From a virus (taxonomy: Duplodnaviria > Caudoviricetes), in the IMG/VR virus record IMGVR_UViG_3300038393_000863, positions 1 to 48,226 of that record: a stretch of 48,226 nucleotides of DNA; one strand, given 5' to 3'. This document shows, piece by piece, positions 1-6,296 of the stretch. The notes below the pieces were generated by a model. That model saw only the letters and a program-made list of their open reading frames with translations, was not told where the DNA came from and did not search any database. Position 1 is the first letter of the stretch; every line of letters begins with the position of its first letter. The position numbers and the translations under genes were made by a program.

Positions 1-130
1 TACGCGCCGCTCAGGGACGCGCCGCTCAGGTCCGCGCCGCTCAGGTCCGCGCCGCTCAGGTACGCGCCGCTCAGGTACGCGTCCCTCAGGTACGCGTCCC
101 TCAGGTACGCGCCCCTCAGGTACGCGCCGC
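1..130. repeat. 15-bp tandem repeat (TCAGGT(A/C)CGCG(C/T)C(G/C)C) encoding pentapeptide repeats
   Basis: Directly visible tandem units; the same unit occurs at 47985-48226. Confidence 0.95.
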
Positions 131-245
131 TGCCAACCGCGGCTTCCACCGCGCGTTGCACCTGAAGGTGAAGCGGCGTGGTGTCCGCGATGACGGCCGT
201 GAAAGGCACGGCTGCGCCCCAGCGGGACTTGATTTGGATTTCCAT
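1..245 (-). CDS. Pentapeptide-repeat protein, N-terminal part (runs off the window start; probably continues at 48226)
   Basis: Manual translation from ATG at 245: [75 protein letters not shown]..., i.e. A(D/Y)L(S/R)(G/D) pentapeptides; not in the ORF track because it is truncated. Confidence 0.85.
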   Translation of the reverse strand, partial: MEIQIKSRWGAAVPFTAVIADTTPLHLQVQRAVEAAVGSGAYLRGAYLRDAYLRDAYLSGAYLSGADLSGADLSGASLSGA

Positions 246-298
246 GCGTTTCGGCCCTCCCGAGCCATCATCAGGGACGCGGGATCAGCGTCCGACGC
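246..298 (-). ncRNA. Hammerhead ribozyme, type III (HHR1)
   Basis: Minus strand: GCGUC^GGACGC UGAUCCC GCGUCC CUGAUGA U GGCUC GGGA GGGCC GAAAC GC, then AUG; complete core, three stems, GUC site (cut 294/293). Confidence 0.92.
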
Positions 299-319
299 GG
301 CCCAGCCCCAGTTAAGAGG

Positions 320-333
320 CTGGGCTAATGCAG
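320..333. promoter_or_regulatory. CTG-N8-CAG box (CTGGGCTAATGCAG), candidate operator
   Basis: One of at least 10 related, mostly intergenic 14-mers. Confidence 0.6.
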
Positions 334-340
334 CGATTGA

Positions 341-907
341 CTAGGCGGCCAGCGGGGCAACCGCTTTGGCCACCTTGCGGGCCTTGGCGATGGCGTAGCG
401 GTCAGACGCCTCGACACGGCCGAACTCGGCGACCAGTGCCTTAGCGAGCGGGGCGAACCGCCAGACGTTCGCCTCAGTGAACGCCCGCTGATGGTCCGGG
501 AACTTGCCGTGGGTCCCGAACGCCTCCGCTTGGCCGATGACCTCGCAGAGGACCAGCGCAGCCATGGCGGCCACGTCGCGGCCGTCACCATAGAGGCGGA
601 CCAGATGGGCGACTTGGACGAAGGCCGCTTCGCGCTCGCCGTCGCGGGTGAACGGCAGGGCGTACCGATAGTGCGCCCAATCGTGCCACGCGCGGAACGC
701 CCAGTTGACTTCCGGGGAGCCGAAAATGGTGTCGTCGGAAGCACCGGCCCAGACAACCGCGGGGCCACTGTCCCAAGCCGCCTTGAGGTCAGCGAGGGTT
801 GACGGCGCGGTGTCCCGCGGGGTGAACCCCAGCGGAAACAGACGTCCCGCCAGGGTGAGAACGGCAGCGTCTAGCTGCGCGTTCACGGGTTCACGGAAGG
901 GGCTCAC
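341..907 (-). CDS. Early protein with FRAWHDxxH motif (possible zincin-like metal-binding protein); paralogue of 45193-45813
   Basis: NWAFRAWHDWAHYRYALPFTRDGE aligns with QFRAWHDWVHYRFGAAFTMPGE of the other copy. Confidence 0.75.
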   Translation of the reverse strand: MSPFREPVNAQLDAAVLTLAGRLFPLGFTPRDTAPSTLADLKAAWDSGPAVVWAGASDDTIFGSPEVNWAFRAWHDWAHYRYALPFTRDGEREAAFVQVAHLVRLYGDGRDVAAMAALVLCEVIGQAEAFGTHGKFPDHQRAFTEANVWRFAPLAKALVAEFGRVEASDRYAIAKARKVAKAVAPLAA

Positions 908-1074
908 AGCCGGTGCTCGCGGGTGAACGAGCGGGGTTCCGCGGAGGGGTCCCGCTTGACCTCGTAACGGCCCTTGGGGTCGACGGATCGGGCTTCCCGG
1001 AGCACGCGCTTAGCGCCCGCCAGGGTCAGGTAACCCGACACGACCTCACGGCCGCCCGAATACAGGGCGTACAT
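904..1074 (-). CDS. Small early hypothetical protein (56 aa, MYALYSGGREVVSGY...)
   Basis: Manual translation; purine-rich leader after HHR2; stop overlaps the next start (GTGA). Confidence 0.65.
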   Translation of the reverse strand: MYALYSGGREVVSGYLTLAGAKRVLREARSVDPKGRYEVKRDPSAEPRSFTREHRL

Positions 1075-1092
1075 GGTCGGTTCTCTCTGTTG

Positions 1093-1145
1093 GGGTTTCG
1101 GGCGTGCTCGCCCATCATCAGCGCGCCAGCGTCAGGCGCGGACCC
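1093..1145 (-). ncRNA. Hammerhead ribozyme, type III (HHR2)
   Basis: GGGUC^CGCGCC UGACGCU GGCGCG CUGAUGA U GGGCG AGCA CGCCC GAAAC CC; all stems Watson-Crick (cut 1141/1140). Confidence 0.93.
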
Positions 1146-1168
1146 GAGCCCAGCAGCGGGTTAGGCCA

Positions 1169-1182
1169 CTGGGCTGTCACAG
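1169..1182. promoter_or_regulatory. CTG-N8-CAG box (CTGGGCTGTCACAG)
   Basis: Intergenic, about 24 nt upstream of HHR2 on the minus strand. Confidence 0.55.
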
Positions 1183-1185
1183 CGG

Positions 1186-1359
1186 TTAGCGGCTACGATG
1201 GGGTTCCACCTCTTGAACCCAGACGTTGCCAGCGTAGCCATAGGCGAGGAGCTTCCGGCGATCCTTCTCCGCCTTCGCCTCAGCAGCTTCATATTTGCGG
1301 TGCAGAGATAGAACGCCACTTTGGGCCGGCGTAGTAGCCCACTTCACGACTGCGAACAT
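1186..1359 (-). CDS. Small early hypothetical protein (57 aa, MFAVVKWATTPAQSG...)
   Basis: Manual translation; GGAGG upstream; fills the gap between neighbours. Confidence 0.65.
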   Translation of the reverse strand: MFAVVKWATTPAQSGVLSLHRKYEAAEAKAEKDRRKLLAYGYAGNVWVQEVEPHRSR

Positions 1360-1362
1360 GGC

Positions 1363-1560
1363 CTATCCCTCCACCCCGCAAGCCCGCAGGAAACGCCCGC
1401 GGTCAAACAGCGGGTTCGTACTGCGGAGTTCGGCGGCGAGTGTCATCGCCACCTCATCGCAGGCGCGGCCCCACACCATCGCCTCAGACGGGCGGGTGAA
1501 GATTTGCGAACGTGAGGCGCGCACAGCCTCAGCGATCAACACGTAGTCTTTGCGGGTCAT
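1363..1560 (-). CDS. Small early phage protein (MTRKDY...NPLFDRGRFLRACG)
   Basis: ORF track; GAAGGGAAG upstream of ATG 1560; NPxFDxxRF-type C-terminus common in small phage early proteins. Confidence 0.75.
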   Translation of the reverse strand: MTRKDYVLIAEAVRASRSQIFTRPSEAMVWGRACDEVAMTLAAELRSTNPLFDRGRFLRACGVEG

Positions 1561-1585
1561 GGCCCGGCTTCCCTTCATGGTTGAT

Positions 1586-1637
1586 GCGTTTCGCCCTGCC
1601 GGGTCATCCTCAGGGGTGCGGCATCAGCACCCGACGC
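1586..1637 (-). ncRNA. Hammerhead ribozyme, type III (HHR3)
   Basis: GCGUC^GGGUGC UGAUGCC GCACCC CUGAGGA U G(A)CCC GGCA GGGC GAAAC GC; one bulged A in stem II (cut 1633/1632). Confidence 0.88.
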
Positions 1638-1656
1638 TAGACCTTGGCGGACACCG

Positions 1657-1670
1657 CTGGGTTAAACCAG
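1657..1670. promoter_or_regulatory. CTG-N8-CAG box (CTGGGTTAAACCAG, within the palindrome CGCTGG..CCAGCG)
   Basis: Intergenic, 20 nt upstream of HHR3. Confidence 0.6.
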
Positions 1671-1673
1671 CGA

Positions 1674-1910
1674 TTATGCAATCATGCTCTTGACGGTGAT
1701 CCCGTCGATATGGACGGAGCCGCCCCGCCGCACATCCCATTCGGTCACGCGGTCAAAGCGGAGCTGATCATCCGCCCATGCATCCATGGCCGCGTCGCCA
1801 CGTTCCTTGGCCTGCCGCCAACCGGCCATGCTGAAAGCGTTCTTAGCACCCTGCCAAGTGGCGTAGCCCTTGACCTGTCCCTTGTGATTGATGACGGCGA
1901 AGCGGTGCAT
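1674..1910 (-). CDS. First early gene, hypothetical (78 aa)
   Basis: ORF track; AGGAGG in loop II of HHR4 upstream. Confidence 0.75.
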   Translation of the reverse strand: MHRFAVINHKGQVKGYATWQGAKNAFSMAGWRQAKERGDAAMDAWADDQLRFDRVTEWDVRRGGSVHIDGITVKSMIA

Positions 1911-1911
1911 A

Positions 1912-1964
1912 GCGTTTCGGCCCTCCTAGGCCATCGTCAGGGGATCAGGATTAGACCCCGACGC
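1912..1964 (-). ncRNA. Hammerhead ribozyme, type III (HHR4)
   Basis: GCGUC^GGGGUC UAAUCCU GAUCCC CUGACGA U GGCCU AGGA GGGCC GAAAC GC U AUG (cut 1960/1959). Confidence 0.92.
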
Positions 1965-2177
1965 TTGCTTCCGCTGGAAACCAGACCGTGGGCCTAACCC
2001 ACGTTGCGCCTCAGGAGAGAGGGGAGCCCCGGCCTTGCGGCTTGTCTCCCTTTGTCCCGAGGATCAGGCCCGTAACCGGGCACGCCTACCAGACGGTTTG
2101 AACTTGCGTTCTGCCGGGGCCGGACAACCGGCCTAGGGGCTGAGCCGGAGCGGCGCTTGTCCGCTGCGACAGCCCAG

Positions 2178-2206
2178 TAACTAGGCTAGCCCAGCGATCA
2201 TGTCAA
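2178..2206 (-). promoter_or_regulatory. Host sigma70-type early promoter, overlapped by two CTG-N8-CAG boxes (2164-2177, 2181-2194)
   Basis: Minus strand TTGACA-17 nt-TAGTTA directly upstream of the early cluster. Confidence 0.7.
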
Positions 2207-2749
2207 CACCCCTCAACCTGCGGCGGGTAATCACGTGTCTGTGATCGCCTACTGGGCGAACCCATTAACTGGGCAAGCCCCATAGATGGCTCAAGAGGCC
2301 TCTTTGAGTGGTTCAGGTAGGGTAGTAGCCGGGCACCCTCCAAAGGCCCTGTAGCGCCCGGAAATCGGCCTTTAAACCGGTATCCGCTGCAAACCCTAGG
2401 GTTCAGCCGACCAAACCCCGCCGTTGCCCCTGCCGATAACCCTCCGGCTATCAACCCGGCCCCCTCCGATAGCCCCGAGGCTATCAGCCTGATTGCCCCG
2501 CAGGGTGTCCCGCAGGATGCACCGGCAGGTGAACCCGCAGGGGTTGGGTTCCTATGCATGTCCCCATGACGTGTCTAGGAAGCGGCCCTTTCCTATGCAT
2601 GTCAGGGCCAGGACGAAAAAAGCAGGGGACAATGAGCGCATGGGCCGAACCATCAATGAGCCCGGACACGCCTTGCGGGACCACTAGTGGTGCAGGATGG
2701 CACGCCTAGAGGGAATGCACCTTAGGAAAATCAATTAGTTGGCGATCAG

Positions 2750-3232
2750 TATGGAGTGGCCTTAGGCGTAGACTGTGCCAAGGCCCATCGCTTTCGGCCT
2801 GCCCCCGGCCTGTTGAGGCCCGGACCCCCACGGGGGGAACTGCGCGGGCCGCTGAACGCGCATCAGGCTGCGCTATTTCGACCCCAAAACCATCAGCCCC
2901 TTACCGAGCGGGAAGGTTTGTCAGAAGGAGTCCACATATTTCTGACAATCTGACCGAGCGGGATGACGACCCCTGCCGGTTACACCTGAGGGTTCTCCTT
3001 CGGGTTCCCCTGAGGGTTCCCCTATGGGCCTCGGCCTCCCGGCCTTCGGCAAGACAGGGTTGTAGGAGAAGGTCTCTTACTACTCTAGGCTGACACCTTA
3101 AGGTATATACCAGGGAACCTCCTCCGGTTCACCAGCCAGGGAAACCAGCCAGTGAACCAGTAGGTGGGTAGGTAGGGTAGTAGGTAGGTCTACACACCCT
3201 GAGGTGAACCTTGAGGATCACCTTAAGATGTA
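2750..3232. other. Putative terminal-repeat/concatemer-junction region
   Basis: Non-coding, between the large terminase stop and the early promoter as in T7; short CCT(G/T)(A/G)AG-type repeats at ~2985-3228, inverted repeat TTGTCAGAA..TTCTGACAA at 2918-2949, duplicated CCGAGCGGGA. Confidence 0.5.
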
Positions 3233-3235
3233 CCC

Positions 3236-4978
3236 CTAGGCATCACCCCAGGATTTCCGGCGGGTGACCCTTCCAGTGGGCCTGCCTACAGCCCGACCTC
3301 GGCCCTTCTGGGCCAGCCGGTCACCGAAGATGGTGCCCTTGAAGAACTCCCGCTCGAAGGCCTCATCCTGCTTCCGCTGCCATGACTCCTCCGCCTTGTT
3401 GGCGTCGGCGTTCATGTACGGAGCCCAGTACTCCAGAGCTTGGGCCAGCACGTCGATGAGGTCGTCGTGCTTTAGAGCACCCTTCTGCTCTGTCAGGTGG
3501 GTGAGCTGGTAGAGGCCCCGGTGGATGTTCGACGGGTTTGCCAGGTCGGCCCTGGCGGCTGTCGTGTCGAGGACCAACCGGTGTTGCTGGAGGGCAGGGC
3601 GGACCAGCGCCATCATGCGCTGCTCTTTCATCCCCGTGACCTTGTAGCCTTCGACCGTGACCGGGTAGACCCGAGCCACGACAGGCTCCAGCAGGGCGGT
3701 GAACATGCCGTCCCCGAAGTTGTCTTCCACGCCGATGTGGTTGACCTCCTCGTCCCTGGCGATCTCCGCCAAGGCCCTGAGGGTCTCCGGGCTGAACCCT
3801 TCCTGGAAGCCGCCCCAGCGCCGGATGTAGACCCAGCCGTTGAGGAACTTCGTGACCACGTAAGCGGTCCGGTCCTTGCCCCGACCCGAGGGGTCGATGT
3901 GCAGAGCGGAGCCGGTGAAGGGGACGAACTCGTTGGAGGCGAACAGCGGCCGATACATGCGGTCGCCGTCGAACCCGACGTTCGCCAGGTCCTTGTGGAC
4001 CTTCTCGGGGTCCTGACCCCAGACGAGCCGGATGGGAGCCAGCCGCTTGTCGACGTCCGTGACGATGAGGTCGCGGGTCTTTAGCGGATAGCGTTCGGCG
4101 TCGGTGAGGGTGGTGTCGAGCTGGTACTGGAGGAGGAAGCCGGCGCTGCCGCGCTTCAGCTCCTTGCCCTGGAGCACGAGCTCGTTGAACCGGATCGGGT
4201 TGGTAGGTGCTCCGCCCACCGTGGACCCCACCGGTTTCATCAGGTCGGGGTTCTCCTCGATCTCCTTCAGGAGGATCGGGGCGAGGGTCCCGTCGTAGTG
4301 GTGGAGCTTGTCTCGGAGGGGATAGCGGCCGGGCCAGACCCGGATGTCGTAATCCTGCTCCCGGAGCCCCTTGTAGATGCTCTCGAAGCTCTGCGGGGTC
4401 CCGAGATAGATGATCTCGGAGTCCGGCTTGGCGATGTCGCCGTACTCACCGATGAGGTGCCGCAGCTTGTCCCGCTGGGTTTCCGTCTGGGAGTTCTTGG
4501 GGACCTCGACGTCGTCCGAAATGAGGATGTCGGAGCGCGAGCCGGTGAGCTGGCCGGTGATCCCCACGGTCTTTACGGAGGGGGACTTGTCGGGGACCGC
4601 GGGACCAACGTCGAACGCCATGGTGGACGTCCGCTGGTTCCCCTTGGAACGGAGCTCCTTCCAGAACTCCTCGCCGGCCGGGTGATCGATGATCTGCTTG
4701 ATGAGGGTCGCGTTCTCGACCGCGAGGTCCTCGTTCGCAGAGACGATCAGGATTTTGAGCTGGGGGTTCTTCCACAGACGCCACACCACGTAGGCGCACG
4801 TCAGGAAGCTCTTGCCGACTCCTCGATACGCCTGGATGAAGCGACTGGGCGGTCCCTCGGCCAGGTAGCGACCGATGTCGAGCTGGAGCCGGTCAGGCGG
4901 CGGCAGCTCTAGGACGAACTTCCAGACGTACCAGAGGAAGCGAAGGAAGTCGGCCTTCAGGATGTCCGCGGAGGACAT
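3236..4978 (-). CDS. Terminase large subunit (T7 gp19-like)
   Basis: FIQAYRGVGKSFLT Walker A, GITGQLTGSRSDILISDDVE, LGTPQ, IDPSGRGKD nuclease motif, HDDLIDVLA. Confidence 0.97.
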   Translation of the reverse strand: MSSADILKADFLRFLWYVWKFVLELPPPDRLQLDIGRYLAEGPPSRFIQAYRGVGKSFLTCAYVVWRLWKNPQLKILIVSANEDLAVENATLIKQIIDHPAGEEFWKELRSKGNQRTSTMAFDVGPAVPDKSPSVKTVGITGQLTGSRSDILISDDVEVPKNSQTETQRDKLRHLIGEYGDIAKPDSEIIYLGTPQSFESIYKGLREQDYDIRVWPGRYPLRDKLHHYDGTLAPILLKEIEENPDLMKPVGSTVGGAPTNPIRFNELVLQGKELKRGSAGFLLQYQLDTTLTDAERYPLKTRDLIVTDVDKRLAPIRLVWGQDPEKVHKDLANVGFDGDRMYRPLFASNEFVPFTGSALHIDPSGRGKDRTAYVVTKFLNGWVYIRRWGGFQEGFSPETLRALAEIARDEEVNHIGVEDNFGDGMFTALLEPVVARVYPVTVEGYKVTGMKEQRMMALVRPALQQHRLVLDTTAARADLANPSNIHRGLYQLTHLTEQKGALKHDDLIDVLAQALEYWAPYMNADANKAEESWQRKQDEAFEREFFKGTIFGDRLAQKGRGRAVGRPTGRVTRRKSWGDA

Positions 4979-5146
4979 CTCGGCTGCCGGGCGGGTCGAA
5001 CTGGTCGAACCCAGCAGCTCAGACCGAGAAGTCAGATTGGATACCGGTTTGCTGACTCAGGGAAGCCCGTACAGGGCACTTGCGGGGTGCCCCGGTAGGG
5101 TAGTAGCCGGAGACCCTTAGCGGGGCTGTACGGGCTTCTGAGAGGC

Positions 5147-5656
5147 TTAGTTGTAGCGGACGGTGCCGACGATATCGCCGGACGAACCGGCGGTGGCACC
5201 CGCGGCGTCCGTGGTCACAGCCCACGAGAGGCCCGAGGAGCCAGCCACGGAGATCGACTGGCCGGGGTCCACGGTCTTACCCGTGGCAATCGGCACGGTA
5301 TAGACCGGGGTGTCCGTGCCGGGCACACCCGCGGTGGCCTTGTCGTAGACCTGGAAGTAGCGGGTGGCAGCGTTCGTGTTCAGGAGCACGAAGTTCGTCA
5401 TCTTGCCGGCCGAGGCCTTGATGACACCCGCCGCGCCGGTCGAGATGCGCGAAAGCGCTTGGTCCGCCACTTCGTTCAGCGAGATGGTGACCGTCGCGTC
5501 AGCGCCGAGCGCCGACACCACGACGCCATCGCCGACATCCGTGAAGCTCACGTTGCCAACGCCCGAGACGTTCACCGACTGGACGGAGGCCTTCTGGGTG
5601 GGGATGCGGAAGGTCGTGTCGCCGGACTTGGCGGCATAGGTTACTTTGGTGGTCAT
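5147..5656 (-). CDS. Beta-rich hypothetical protein, possibly virion-associated
   Basis: Thr/Ser/Gly/Val-rich 169 aa between the terminase genes; N-terminus resembles that of the tail fibre. Confidence 0.65.
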   Translation of the reverse strand: MTTKVTYAAKSGDTTFRIPTQKASVQSVNVSGVGNVSFTDVGDGVVVSALGADATVTISLNEVADQALSRISTGAAGVIKASAGKMTNFVLLNTNAATRYFQVYDKATAGVPGTDTPVYTVPIATGKTVDPGQSISVAGSSGLSWAVTTDAAGATAGSSGDIVGTVRYN

Positions 5657-5665
5657 GGAGGTCTT

Positions 5666-5956
5666 TCAGTGGGCTGAGACGCCGCGTTGGGCCTCAGCAT
5701 CGAGGTCGAGATCGCGGAGGAGACCGGCCATGCGGTCCTTCCGTTCGGATTGGGCGGGGCTGTCGACCCCGTTCTGGCCGAGGAACTTCATCACCTTGTC
5801 CAGGAGCTGGGGGTTGATGGGCTGGCCGGGATGGGTCTTGCCCTCATCGTCGGTCCAGTCCTTCGACCGCTCGATGGCGGCCTGGAGTTCATCCGCCAGG
5901 GCACCCGCCAGTAGCCCGTGGAGGGCGTCTAGCTGGGCTTCGGTAGCTCGGCTCAC
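5666..5956 (-). CDS. Terminase small subunit (T7 gp18-like)
   Basis: ATEAQLDALHGLLA...LLDKVMKFLGQNGVD pattern, size and position. Confidence 0.8.
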   Translation of the reverse strand: MSRATEAQLDALHGLLAGALADELQAAIERSKDWTDDEGKTHPGQPINPQLLDKVMKFLGQNGVDSPAQSERKDRMAGLLRDLDLDAEAQRGVSAH

Positions 5957-6041
5957 GGTCGGACGTACTCAGCCAGGCGGGACGTGAACACGCCCCACCG
6001 GAGGGCGAGGGCCATAGCCCCCGCCAACAGGTGCCGGCGCA

Positions 6042-6269
6042 TCAGTGATGCAGGCCCGGAAACAGGAAAGCGCCCACGGCGGAGACGGCCGACCCAATCG
6101 CCGCAGCGAAGCCGAGCCCGTAGGCCCGACCCCGCTCCAGCTTGGAGATGCGCTCGTCGTGGTCGTCCATGCGGGCCTCGGCCTTCGCCTGCGCCGCGAT
6201 GAAGGTGTCTACCTTCGCCTCGATGCGGCCCAGCATGTACTCTGTGGAGTTCTGGGGATTGTCTTCCAT
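6042..6269 (-). CDS. Small coiled-coil plus C-terminal TM protein (holin/XhlA-like)
   Basis: LGRIEAKVD...RISKLE followed by a hydrophobic segment; located after the tail fibre. Confidence 0.6.
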   Translation of the reverse strand: MEDNPQNSTEYMLGRIEAKVDTFIAAQAKAEARMDDHDERISKLERGRAYGLGFAAAIGSAVSAVGAFLFPGLHH

Positions 6270-6279
6270 TGCACTCTTA

Positions 6280-6293
6280 CTGGGGTAATGCAG
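6280..6293. promoter_or_regulatory. CTG-N8-CAG box (CTGGGGTAATGCAG)
   Basis: Intergenic, directly after the tail fibre stop. Confidence 0.55.
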
Positions 6294-6296
6294 CGA

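Noticed and set aside
320-333. CTG-N8-CAG box as a host LexA SOS box
   Set aside because: The enterobacterial box is CTG-N10-CAG and the alphaproteobacterial box is GTTC-N7-GTTC; neither fits
246-1964. Repeated early intergenic leaders as CRISPR repeats, attC sites or RNase III stems
   Set aside because: The conserved bases are exactly the hammerhead core and the stems vary with compensation; no long RNase III-type duplex or attC box pattern
2203-2684. ORFs 2203-2559 and 2484-2684
   Set aside because: Low-complexity translations of short DNA repeats upstream of the early promoter, with no good SD
2860-2902. Possible seventh hammerhead (CUGAUGG...GAAAU)
   Set aside because: Core A9 is missing and no convincing stems I-III or cleavage triplet can be formed
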